The notes: generated by a model not told the origin, from the sequence alone. Counted from the first letter of the stretch, positions 36,970-45,956 are shown. The stretch is DNA of 64,000 nt from Parcubacteria group bacterium LiPW_30 (GCA_007375595.1 VMEP01000001.1:178816-242815), one strand, 5' to 3'. Program-made: numbers and translations.

Positions 36970-39120
36970 TTAAGCGCTAGTTTTCGGAATTGTTGGCTCC
37001 TCCGGCTTTATCCCTTTTCTTGTGGCAAACTCAGGATCAACATCTTTGATAGAAAGATTGATGCGGTGCTTTTCGTCAATTTCTTTGATGATGACTTCTA
37101 CCTTTTCTCCAATGGACAAAACATCTGTTACGCGATTAATGTGAAACGGAGCTATCTGTGAAACGTGGACAAGTCCATCGGTACGAGGTCCAATTTCAAC
37201 AAAAGCGCCGAAGTCCATAATACGAGCGACGGTGCCAGTAAATTTTTCTCCAACTTTATATTCCCTAGTTAGTTCTTTTATTTTTTCTAATGCTTTTTCA
37301 GCACTACCATTTTTACCAACAATCAAAACTCCACCAGTTTCGTCGATATCAATATGTTCTGCTCCCGTTGCATCTTTGATGCCATTTATTGTTTTTCCAC
37401 CAGGTCCGATAATAAGTCCAATCTGGTCTTCCTTAACTTTATGGCGCAAAACTTTTGGTGCCGAAGCTGAGAGCATTGGACGAGGTGCTGGTATGGCCTC
37501 TTTTATTTTTTCTATAATTTTTAATCGGGCATTTTTTGCGTCAACGAGAGCTTCTTTCAAAACCAAAAGAGGAATACCACCCACTTTAATATCTAGCTGA
37601 ATTGCTGTGATTCCGAGTTCAGTTCCAGCAACCTTGAAATCCATATCACCATAGTGGTCTTCTGGTCCTTGGATGTCCGTTAGAATTTTATAATTTTTTT
37701 CACCCTCCATCATTACCCCCATCGCGATTCCGGCGACAGGTCTTTTGATTGGCACACCACCATCCGTCAAAGCAAGGGTTGAACCACAAACAGAAGCCAT
37801 TGAAGTTGAGCCATTTGAAGCCATCGATTCAGAAACAATACGAATTGTATAAGGGAATTCTTCTTGGCTAGGCAAAACAGCAAGTAGGGCTTTTTCCGCA
37901 AGTGCGCCATGTCCGATTTCTCGGCGATTTATATTTCCAACTTTTTTTATTTCCCCAGATGAAAACGGTGGAAAATTATAATGATGCATGTAGCGTTTTT
38001 CCGTCTTGATTTCAATACCATCAATTGTTTGTGATTCGCCCGGTCCCGCGAGAGTTAAGGCAGAAAGAACGTGGGTTCCACCGCGATAAAAAATTCCAGT
38101 GCCATGAAGAACAGGAGAAATTCCTCCAGCTTGAGCAAAGAGTGAGCGCACCTCTTTAAAATCTCTCCCATCTGGACGCCTGTTGTTTTTTATAGCTTCT
38201 TGGTGAATAAAATCATCCATCGCCTTTTCAAAATACGAAAGAGCGAGAGAACTTTTTTCTTCTGGTAATTCTTCTTTAACAACACTCATCCAATTTTCTA
38301 GAATTCCATTGATAACTTTCCCCCCAGCTCCCCCACTTAGGATTTCGTTGAATCTACTAGAAATTTTTTCGGCAAAAATATTTTTTGCCACATCGCTGAT
38401 TTCTTCTTTCTCAATCGTATTTTTTTTCTTACCTATTTCTTTAACAATACTTTCTTGAAATTCTTGTAATTTTTTAAGTTCTGGTAAGGATTTTTCTAGC
38501 GCATCCGCAATAATGTCTTCCGGCATTTCTTCCCCGGAAGCTTCTATCATGTTTATTTTTCCATCGCGTCCACAAATAACGAGCTCAAGCTCGGCGTCAT
38601 CATGGCGACGAAAATCATAATCAGGATTTATTTCTGGGGCATCGGATTTAGAATGTTTTGTTAGACGAATTGCGGACACTGGTCCGTTCCAAGGAATGTC
38701 TGAAGTTGCAAGAGCAAGAGAGGCGGCATTAATTGCTAAAATATCAGGATCATCTTTATCAATCGCGAGGACAGTGATAATAACCTGTATTTCGTTTCTG
38801 ATATGGTCGTCAAAAAGTGGACGAATTGTGCGGTCAATAATTCTTCCAGAAAGAATTGCTTCGTCAGATGGTTTTCCTTCACGCCGAACAAACCTACTTC
38901 CCAAAATTTGGCCGGCAGCATAAAAGCGTTCTTCGTAATCAACCGTGAGTGGAAAAAAATCTATGTTGTCGCGTTTTTCTTTTGAGATTACCGCGGTCGC
39001 AAGAACAATAGTTTTTCCATAGGAGACGATAACTGAACCATTCGCTTGTTCGGTTAGGTCAGAAAAAGTTGCGGTTAGTGTTTTTCCTCCGATTTCACAC
39101 GAGAAATTTTTCTTTTGCAT
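36970..39120 (-). CDS. pnp: Polyribonucleotide nucleotidyltransferase
   Basis: FFPLTVDYEER, RREIGHGALAE, SNGSTSMASVC, GDMDFKVAGT, KH and S1 domains. Confidence 0.97.
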   Translation of the reverse strand: MQKKNFSCEIGGKTLTATFSDLTEQANGSVIVSYGKTIVLATAVISKEKRDNIDFFPLTVDYEERFYAAGQILGSRFVRREGKPSDEAILSGRIIDRTIRPLFDDHIRNEIQVIITVLAIDKDDPDILAINAASLALATSDIPWNGPVSAIRLTKHSKSDAPEINPDYDFRRHDDAELELVICGRDGKINMIEASGEEMPEDIIADALEKSLPELKKLQEFQESIVKEIGKKKNTIEKEEISDVAKNIFAEKISSRFNEILSGGAGGKVINGILENWMSVVKEELPEEKSSLALSYFEKAMDDFIHQEAIKNNRRPDGRDFKEVRSLFAQAGGISPVLHGTGIFYRGGTHVLSALTLAGPGESQTIDGIEIKTEKRYMHHYNFPPFSSGEIKKVGNINRREIGHGALAEKALLAVLPSQEEFPYTIRIVSESMASNGSTSMASVCGSTLALTDGGVPIKRPVAGIAMGVMMEGEKNYKILTDIQGPEDHYGDMDFKVAGTELGITAIQLDIKVGGIPLLVLKEALVDAKNARLKIIEKIKEAIPAPRPMLSASAPKVLRHKVKEDQIGLIIGPGGKTINGIKDATGAEHIDIDETGGVLIVGKNGSAEKALEKIKELTREYKVGEKFTGTVARIMDFGAFVEIGPRTDGLVHVSQIAPFHINRVTDVLSIGEKVEVIIKEIDEKHRINLSIKDVDPEFATRKGIKPEEPTIPKTSA

Positions 39121-39283
39121 TTTGTTTTAAACCCGCCGAATTTCAGGATTGAAAGTTTTATAAACGCTTTCAACTCTGCGTATCCGGCGACTTTTATTAA
39201 TGATAAGTTTCTTTAAGTTTCGCACGGAAACAATGTCTTTTCAATGCAAACAAAAATGAGACCAGTTTGGTCTCATTTTTGTT

Positions 39284-39826
39284 CTAATTTTTTTCTGAAT
39301 CCCCTTTTTTCCCACGCCTTGGCATTATGAGGAATTTTTTTGGATCGTTTGAAAGATCAATAAAGTCGTCGGCGACAGCACGAAGGCTACTTGAGGCTGA
39401 TTTACCAAAGGCGATAACTTCAACCTGTACTCCAACGTTTAGTTTTAGATATTCAACTAAAGGACAAAAATCGCCATCTCCAGAAACAATAACAACAGCA
39501 TCAAGCTTTGGTGCTAGCCTCATGGCATCAACCGCAAGCCCAACATCCCAATCTGCTTTTTTAGCGCCTCCCCAAAAAATTTGAAGATCTTTAACTTTTG
39601 TTTCTATTCCAACCTTCCCTAATGCTTCAAAAAAGCCTTTTTCATCATCCCCTTCTGTTTTTATGACGTATGCAATAGCTCGGACGAGTTGTCGTACCCC
39701 GACAGCTTCTTTCATTATTGCTCCAAAATTTACCTTTGCGTGATAGAGATTGCGCGCACTGTGATAAAGGTTTTGCGTATCAATAAAAACACCAACTCTT
39801 TGGTCTTTATGTTTTATGACGGACAT
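39284..39826 (-). CDS. NYN domain (LabA/DUF88) protein
   Basis: FIDTQNLY, KADWDVGLAVD, VSGDGDFCPL, ADDFIDL. Confidence 0.9.
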   Translation of the reverse strand: MSVIKHKDQRVGVFIDTQNLYHSARNLYHAKVNFGAIMKEAVGVRQLVRAIAYVIKTEGDDEKGFFEALGKVGIETKVKDLQIFWGGAKKADWDVGLAVDAMRLAPKLDAVVIVSGDGDFCPLVEYLKLNVGVQVEVIAFGKSASSSLRAVADDFIDLSNDPKKFLIMPRRGKKGDSEKN

Positions 39827-39900
39827 ATATAAAATTTAAATCTTAAAGGAACCTATTTTATTAAAAATGAAATTACCCATCTATTAAGACGGGCTATTTC

Positions 39901-40164
39901 CTACTTTAGAGCTAATTTTTTAACGATAGAATCGTATCGTTTTTTGCTTTTTTTCTCCAAATACTTTAAATGTGTTCGGCGATCAGCAACAATTTGAATA
40001 AGCCCACGGCGAGAGTGGTTATCTTTCTGGTTTTTCTTTAAATGGGTAGCCAAATCAGTGATTCTTTTGGTCAAAATGGCAATTTGGACCTCTGCAGAAC
40101 CAGTATCCTTGTCGTGAACCTGTGCCTTTGACATGATTTCAGCCTTTTTCTTCTTCGTTATCAT
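39901..40164 (-). CDS. rpsO: 30S ribosomal protein S15
   Basis: DTGSAEVQIAILT, KDNHSRRGL. Confidence 0.97.
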   Translation of the reverse strand: MITKKKKAEIMSKAQVHDKDTGSAEVQIAILTKRITDLATHLKKNQKDNHSRRGLIQIVADRRTHLKYLEKKSKKRYDSIVKKLALK

Positions 40165-40234
40165 GTCGCAAACTATAACAAAAAACCCTTATTTTTGCAA
40201 GGCCTGCACTAAAAACAACGTTTTTAAGTCTTTT

Positions 40235-40429
40235 TTAGTGGAGGTTGTTAAAAGAGGCGTCCTTTTTTAGCTTTTTTAGGGCTTCGTTGAGTTTCTTCTC
40301 CTCTTCGGCTGTTAATTCATGTGTTTCTGGGTATTGTTCAGCTTTTTTTTCAAAAAGATCCTCGCGCCCCAAAAGAGAAGCATCGCCGTGCACCTCATTG
40401 TCGTCCATTGGTAGTGATTCTAGTCCCAT
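40235..40429 (-). CDS. Small hypothetical protein
   Basis: 64-aa ORF with protein-like composition upstream of rpsO. Confidence 0.55.
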   Translation of the reverse strand: MGLESLPMDDNEVHGDASLLGREDLFEKKAEQYPETHELTAEEEKKLNEALKKLKKDASFNNLH

Positions 40430-40491
40430 ATTTGTATATTCATATAACTATATCATAAAAAAATAAATGGTATGACTATAAAATAAACTTT

Positions 40492-40656
40492 TATTGCCGA
40501 CGTAGAGCGAGTGAAGTGAGAAAGTAATCTTTCTCACTTCCGAGCCGAGGAGAGCAATACAAGGGATTAAAATACCGCGCGGCTTGCCGCGCCAAAGCGT
40601 GAGCGAAGCGAACGCGCTTTGGGTGCAGAGTTTGCCCTGCGGTATGATACCTTTTA
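40492..40656 (+). repeat. Structured intergenic element, family B copy 2, with nested GC-rich palindromic insert
   Basis: TATTGC..AGCGAG-12bp hairpin-CGAGCCGA..GCAATA; nested ATACCGC..GCGGTAT containing GCGGCTTGCCGC and GAGCGAAGCGA. Confidence 0.6.
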
Positions 40657-40731
40657 TTTAAGTTTGACTTGGAAAATCATTAAAATAGAGCGTGTTTATA
40701 TGTTTGTCATGGTAAAATATTTTACGACATC

Positions 40732-41655
40732 ATGACTCAAGATCTAAAGAGTTTAAAACAACAATTTCTTGAATATATTGAAATTGAACGTGGAAGAAGC
40801 TTAAAAACTGTTCGTAATTACGATGCTTATCTCGAGCGTTTTCTTACTCAAACAAACGCTAAATATCCAAAAGATATAACTGATGATTCCATAAGGGAAT
40901 TTCGTCTTTGGTTGAATAGACAAGAAGGTCGTCGCGAGCGTGGAATGAGTGCGGGAACGTTAAAAAAGAAAACCCAAAACTATTATTTGATTGCTTTACG
41001 TATTTTTCTTAAATATTTAATGAAAAGAGGTATCGAAGCTCTTTCCCCTGATCGTATTGAGCTTGCAAAGGTGGCAGAGAGGTCCCTTGATCTTATTTCT
41101 TTAGATGAATTAGAGCGATTACTTAAAGCTCCTGATGGCGAGGATTTAAAAAGCTTACGAGATAAGGCTATTTTAGAATTACTTTTCTCAACAGGGCTTC
41201 GTGTTTCGGAACTTTGCTCTCTTCCTCGTGATATTGATCTTCGCAAAGATGAATTTTCGGTACGAGGAAAAGGAGAAAAAGTACGGGTTGTCTTTCTTTC
41301 CGATTCAGCAAAAGAAGCAATTAAAAAATATTTAGCAAAGCGAGGAGATATGGAGGATGTTCTTTTTATTGGAACAGGAAGCGTTGGAAAAAAGAAAGGA
41401 GAAATAACACACCTAACGACCCGTTCGGTTGAAAGAATCGTTGCGCAATATGCAATTAAGGCCGGTATCTCAAAAAAAGTAACCCCACACGTTATCAGAC
41501 ACTCATTTGCCACAGACCTACTTGGTAATGGGGCAGATATTCGTTCTGTTCAAATGATGCTTGGGCATGCCAGTATTTCAACCACACAGATTTACACGCA
41601 CGTAACTGACAAGGCTCTCAGAGAAATACATAAGAAGTTCCACTCTAAAAAATAG
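40732..41655 (+). CDS. XerC/XerD-family tyrosine recombinase
   Basis: RDKAILELLFSTGLRVSEL, GKGEKVR, TPHVIRHSFAT, LGHASISTTQIY. Confidence 0.95.
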   Translation: MTQDLKSLKQQFLEYIEIERGRSLKTVRNYDAYLERFLTQTNAKYPKDITDDSIREFRLWLNRQEGRRERGMSAGTLKKKTQNYYLIALRIFLKYLMKRGIEALSPDRIELAKVAERSLDLISLDELERLLKAPDGEDLKSLRDKAILELLFSTGLRVSELCSLPRDIDLRKDEFSVRGKGEKVRVVFLSDSAKEAIKKYLAKRGDMEDVLFIGTGSVGKKKGEITHLTTRSVERIVAQYAIKAGISKKVTPHVIRHSFATDLLGNGADIRSVQMMLGHASISTTQIYTHVTDKALREIHKKFHSKK

Positions 41656-41698
41656 GAATGTTTATGCGAAAAACAGAAAAGACGCCGTTTGGCGTCTT

Positions 41699-41977
41699 TT
41701 AGTCTGGAAATCCCGCATACCACTCAACCGAACCATCAGGTTTTAGGTTGAGAGATACGAAGACTTCCTCCCTCCCGTATTCCGGGAAGTTTTTTTCCAC
41801 ATAATCGATGATGTCAATAAGGGGAACACAGAGTGATATTTTTTTGTACGCACTACCAATGAAAAGCTTTTCCCCGTTTGTACAAACTCCCCAGTTGCCA
41901 TAGTGACAACCTTCCCCATCTCTCTCCATTTTTCCGATTAAACGCCCGACACTATAAATAGAACCATTGGGAAGCAT
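41699..41977 (-). CDS. Small orphan protein
   Basis: AGGAGG SD before MLPNGSIY; terminator at 41677-41700. Confidence 0.6.
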   Translation of the reverse strand: MLPNGSIYSVGRLIGKMERDGEGCHYGNWGVCTNGEKLFIGSAYKKISLCVPLIDIIDYVEKNFPEYGREEVFVSLNLKPDGSVEWYAGFPD

Positions 41978-42033
41978 AATACTAACCTCCTTTTTTGTAA
42001 TTTCTACATCTATCATATGCTAAAATAGAAAAA

Positions 42034-42807
42034 ATGAAAATAATCTCTTGGAATGTTAATGGTTTGCGGGCCGTGCATCGCAAGGACTTGCTTCTCCCTT
42101 TTATAAAGAAAGAAAAGCCAGATATTTTGTGTTTACAGGAAACTAAAGCTGAGGAAGTGCAATTACCAGAAGAAATAAAAAATATCCCTGGTTATTTTGG
42201 TTATTTCTCTCACTCAAAAGGACGGAAAGGATATAGTGGAGTTGGTATTTATACAAAAATAGCACCAGAAAAAATTGAAGAAGGAATGGGGATTAAAAAA
42301 TTTGATGATGAAGGAAGACTTCTAATTTTACACTTTAAAAATTTTGTACTTCTAAATGTTTATTTTCCAAACGGCGGAGGTGAACCTCATCGATTGAAAT
42401 ATAAACTAGATTTCTATGAAGAATTTTTAAAACATATCGAAAAATTAAAAAAGAAAAATAAAGAAATTATTTTTTGTGGAGATGTTAATGTTGCACATGA
42501 AGCAATAGATATTGCGAGACCGAAGGAAAATGAGAACCAGATTGGGTTTTTACCAGAAGAGCGCGCATGGATTGACGAATATATTGCGCATGGATATATA
42601 GATATTTTTCGTTATTTTAATCCGGAAAAACAAAATGCTTATACTTGGTGGGACATGAAAACTCGCGCGCGCGATAGGAATGTTGGGTGGAGAATAGATT
42701 ATTTTTTCGCTTCGCGCAGTTTGTTAAAAAAAATCACAGGAACAAAAATTCTTTCAGATGTTTTAGGCTCAGATCATTGCCCGATTACACTAACGTTGAG
42801 TGATTAA
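42034..42807 (+). CDS. xth: Exodeoxyribonuclease III
   Basis: SWNVNGLRA, LCLQETK, GDVNVAH, GWRIDYF, SDHCP. Confidence 0.95.
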   Translation: MKIISWNVNGLRAVHRKDLLLPFIKKEKPDILCLQETKAEEVQLPEEIKNIPGYFGYFSHSKGRKGYSGVGIYTKIAPEKIEEGMGIKKFDDEGRLLILHFKNFVLLNVYFPNGGGEPHRLKYKLDFYEEFLKHIEKLKKKNKEIIFCGDVNVAHEAIDIARPKENENQIGFLPEERAWIDEYIAHGYIDIFRYFNPEKQNAYTWWDMKTRARDRNVGWRIDYFFASRSLLKKITGTKILSDVLGSDHCPITLTLSD

Positions 42808-42846
42808 ATAAATAAAGGACACTTATGTTAATTAGTGTCCTTTATT

Positions 42847-42927
42847 TATTTCGGCTAGCGAGGAGCGCGTGGACGAGTACTCTCGTACACAGCGTCCGAG
42901 CGAAGACGAAATACAGGTCTAATACTT
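42847..42927 (+). repeat. Structured intergenic element, family B copy 3
   Basis: TATTTCG..AGCGAGG..hairpin..TCCGAGCGAAG..CGAAATA, then CAGGTCTAATACTT. Confidence 0.6.
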
Positions 42928-42994
42928 CACCGCTTACAGTAATAAATCGCAGGCAAGGCGAGATAATACCCTGTCGGCTTGCCGTGAGAAACCT

Positions 42995-44464
42995 TTATTT
43001 TACCCAATGCTTTTTTCTTATCTCAGAGACTTCTTTTGATTCCTCCTCTTCTTTTTTAGCTTTTCCTTCCTCTCCCAACTTCTTTAGCTCTTCAATTGAG
43101 AGTTTTATCAGCTCAACTGAACGTTTTTCTAGATATTCAGTCGTATTTCTTTCTGGTTCATCAAGTACTTCCTCAAGTAGGGCATGTAAAACATAACCTA
43201 TTTTAGGGCCTGGAGTTTCATGTGTAACTTCCATAATACGTTTCCCGTCTATTTTTAACATAGCAACCGATATCGGCGCACGCATTGCTTCTTCAATCAT
43301 AGACTCATATTTTCTAAGCCGATACGGGGTCTCTTTTGGTCTTCCCATGCCGATACGGTCGCAGGCGCGAAGTTTCATTAAATCCCAAACATGTTCTGGC
43401 CCAACGTTTTTTACGATACGCCTTACTGCCGATAAGGTTATTTTGTCTACATCTGAGAAAAATAAATGGTAACGCACTAACTTTGAAACAACATCTACGA
43501 TTTCTCGTGGAAAACGCATTCTTTCAAGAATTTTTTTTGTTACACGTGAACCAACGACATCATGTCCATAGAAGGTGTAATCTTTCTTTTCGTCAGACCA
43601 ACGACGTGTTTCAGGCTTAGAAACATCATGAAATAGAGCAGAAAGTCTCACGTGTAACGGCCATTCACGATCTGCTGAGTGTTGCAACGCCCTTAGGTTA
43701 TGCTCCCAAACGTCATAGATATGGTCACCATTCTGTTTAACATTAATCCCCGCTTCTGTTTCAGGTGAAACATATTTAAGAATACCAAGCCGATTAGCTA
43801 AAACTATTCCAATCATTGGGTTTGGAGACATAATCAATTTAATGAATTCATCACGAATACGCTCCTGAGCAATTTTACCGAGGTTTTTAACGTTATTTTC
43901 CAAGGCTTTTTCGGTCTCATTGTTAATCATGAAACCTAATTCAGTAGCTAGTCTGATAGCTCTGAGGACACGAAGGGCATCTTCTGCAAATCTTTCTTCT
44001 GGATTACCAACAGCCCTGATAACTTTGTCCTTTATATCTTTTTGTCCGTTATACGGATCAACAATTTGTCCTTTAGTAATATCATAGGCGATTGCGTTTA
44101 TAGTGAAGTCTCGTCGCTTTAAATCATCTTCTAGGTTTTTACTAAAAACAACTGAATCTGGTCTGCGGTAGTCGCTATATTTTCCCTCAATTCGATATGG
44201 GGTTATTTCAACCACCTTTAAAGATTCATCTTCAGTATTTTCGTTCACAACACCAACTGTTCCATATTCATTTTCATAAAATGTTTTTGGAAAGATTTTG
44301 ATAATATCTTCCGGTCTTGCATTAGTTGTGAAATCCCAGTCTTTTGGTTTTCTTCCCGCCAACACATCACGAACACAACCTCCAACTAGATATGCTTCAA
44401 AACCAGCTTTTTCCAAAGATTCGCTTATGGCGCCTATGTTTTCTGGAATATTTTCCGGTTTCAT
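42995..44464 (-). CDS. cca: CCA tRNA nucleotidyltransferase with HD domain
   Basis: YLVGGCVRD, DWDFTT, DLKRRDFTINA, EDALRVLRA, LFHDVSK. Confidence 0.9.
   Translation of the reverse strand: MKPENIPENIGAISESLEKAGFEAYLVGGCVRDVLAGRKPKDWDFTTNARPEDIIKIFPKTFYENEYGTVGVVNENTEDESLKVVEITPYRIEGKYSDYRRPDSVVFSKNLEDDLKRRDFTINAIAYDITKGQIVDPYNGQKDIKDKVIRAVGNPEERFAEDALRVLRAIRLATELGFMINNETEKALENNVKNLGKIAQERIRDEFIKLIMSPNPMIGIVLANRLGILKYVSPETEAGINVKQNGDHIYDVWEHNLRALQHSADREWPLHVRLSALFHDVSKPETRRWSDEKKDYTFYGHDVVGSRVTKKILERMRFPREIVDVVSKLVRYHLFFSDVDKITLSAVRRIVKNVGPEHVWDLMKLRACDRIGMGRPKETPYRLRKYESMIEEAMRAPISVAMLKIDGKRIMEVTHETPGPKIGYVLHALLEEVLDEPERNTTEYLEKRSVELIKLSIEELKKLGEEGKAKKEEEESKEVSEIRKKHWVK
43538..43553. promoter_or_regulatory. 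parS-like site inside cca
   Basis: TGTTACACGTGAACCA, 15/16 match to TGTTNCACGTGAAACA. Confidence 0.6.
43757..43772. promoter_or_regulatory. parS-like site inside cca
   Basis: TGTTTCAGGTGAAACA, 15/16 match to consensus. Confidence 0.6.
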
Positions 44465-44528
44465 TGTTTAAAAATTTTACTCCAGGTTTTGATATTTTCC
44501 TAATTTTCCTTATGATGTATGGGATTAA

Positions 44529-44600
44529 GCCCCCGTAGTGAAATGGATATCACGACAGTCTTCGAAACTGTTATTCCAGGTTCGAATCCTGGCAGGGGCA
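44529..44600 (+). tRNA. tRNA-Arg(UCG), CCA not encoded
   Basis: Cloverleaf; anticodon arm ACAGT-CTTCGAA-ACTGT; T arm CCAGG-TTCGAAT-CCTGG. Confidence 0.93.
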
Positions 44601-44725
44601 TATGAATATGCCCCTGCCAGGATTCGAAAGCCGGAGCGCGACGGTGCGAGGCGGGGCTGCGCAAAAATTCAGCAGAATTTTATGCGTAGCCGAATCACTT
44701 TGTTTATAAGTCGTGACCGAATCCT
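44601..44725 (+). repeat. tRNA-3'-associated structured element (Arg copy)
   Basis: Inverted copy of the tRNA 3' end (44607-44628), conserved core, ending GTGACCGAATCCT. Confidence 0.85.
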
Positions 44726-44775
44726 TGTTTTATTTGAACTTATCTTAATCTCTGTTAAAATACGTCGATAAAAAT

Positions 44776-44846
44776 GCGGGTATGGTTTAGTGGTAGAACA
44801 CGTCCTTGCCAAGGATGAGACGGGAGTTCGATTCTCCCTACCCGCA
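44776..44846 (+). tRNA. tRNA-Gly(GCC), CCA not encoded
   Basis: GCGGGTA/TACCCGC acceptor stem; CGTCC-TTGCCAA-GGATG; GGGAG-TTCGATT-CTCCC. Confidence 0.95.
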
Positions 44847-44995
44847 CAAAATTAAAATAACCCGTCTTTAAGACGGGTTATTTTAATTTTTGCAGAGGGA
44901 GAATCGAAAGCCGGAGCGCGACGGTGCGAGGCGGGCTTAATTGCGATAAGTGAAACAATTGAGAGACGGAGGCTGACGAGCCGAGTTGGGGTCGC
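44847..44995 (+). repeat. tRNA-3'-associated structured element (Gly-GCC copy, 3'-truncated)
   Basis: Hairpin, partial inverted tRNA 3' end, and 99 bp identical to 47339-47437. Confidence 0.85.
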
Positions 44996-45204
44996 TAATA
45001 TTACGGACAATTTTTCACATAAATGAGCATATTTTGTAAAGAGTAATCTTATAAAAATAAGGCTAAAATAGGTCAAAAGTGGGGATAAGTCGGGGGACAA
45101 TGTTAATAAGAGACACTAAAATTGTCCAAGAAAAAGACCTTTAAATGCTCTAAAACGGCTTTAAATAAGGATATATTGTCTTTTTCCACAGAAACTGTTT
45201 ATAA

Positions 45205-45220
45205 AGTTTCACGTGAAACT
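45205..45220. promoter_or_regulatory. parS site
   Basis: Perfect palindrome AGTTTCACGTGAAACT with the full parS core. Confidence 0.7.
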
Positions 45221-45255
45221 AAAAAGGTGTTTATTTTGGTATATAATCATATTTG

Positions 45256-45672
45256 ATGGATTCAAAAGTATTGAAAAATAAGGAGAGGCAACAGGTTGGT
45301 AGACTTGGGGAAGATATTGCTTGTCGCTTTTTAGAAGAAAAAGGTTTCAGTGTTATTGATAGAAATTACAGAAAGTTTATTGGAGAAATAGACATTATTG
45401 CCAAAAAGGACAAAATTTTATACTTTGTTGAAGTAAAAACTGTTTCTCGTGAAAACTTCAAAGAAGGTGAAAGTGGGCCAACTTCTCAGTATAGGGCTGA
45501 GGATAATATTCATCCACAAAAGTTAAAGCGCTTAAGCAGAGCAATTAACTCCTATCTTTCAGAAAAAGTGGGAAATGTTGATTATGTTTGGCAATGCGAT
45601 GCGATTATTGTTAATTTATTCACTGCTAACAAGATTGCAAAAGTTAAATATTTAGAAAATATTTTTGCGTAA
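45256..45672 (+). CDS. YraN family endonuclease-like protein
   Basis: GRLGEDIACRFL, RNYR..GEIDII, FVEVKT. Confidence 0.92.
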   Translation: MDSKVLKNKERQQVGRLGEDIACRFLEEKGFSVIDRNYRKFIGEIDIIAKKDKILYFVEVKTVSRENFKEGESGPTSQYRAEDNIHPQKLKRLSRAINSYLSEKVGNVDYVWQCDAIIVNLFTANKIAKVKYLENIFA

Positions 45673-45729
45673 TTTTTTGTTTTTTGTGATAGGATTGATA
45701 AATTGTCGGATTGGAGGGGTTTGTTTTTA

Positions 45730-45800
45730 CGGGGTGTAGTATAGAGGTAGTACGTCTGCTTTGGGAGCAGATAGCCCGAGTTCGATTCTCGGCACCCCGA
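45730..45800 (+). tRNA. tRNA-Pro(UGG), CCA not encoded
   Basis: CGGGGTG/CACCCCG acceptor stem; TCTGC-TTTGGGA-GCAGA; CCGAG-TTCGATT-CTCGG. Confidence 0.95.
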
Positions 45801-45956
45801 ATGTAGCGAAGCATAGTGAGGGTTGAGCGAATGAACTGCTTCATTCGCGTCCGGAATCGAAAGCCGGAGCATGTCGCTCTGCGACAGCGAGGCGGGGTCG
45901 CGAGTACTTATGAGCAAAGCGAATTGGTAACTCGTGACCGATTCTCGGCACCCCGA
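45801..45956 (+). repeat. tRNA-3'-associated structured element (Pro copy) with 18 bp direct repeat
   Basis: Conserved core; CGATTCTCGGCACCCCGA at 45939-45956 duplicates 45783-45800. Confidence 0.85.

Noticed and set aside
44625-44660. GAAAGCCGGA resembles the start of group II intron domain V
   Set aside because: No complementary CCGGTT/ACGGTT 3' strand, no domain VI or intron body, and no RT ORF
45801-45956. Prophage or genomic island at tRNA-Pro
   Set aside because: The att-like direct repeat encloses only ~140 bp with no integrase or cargo; treated as a mini-cassette instead
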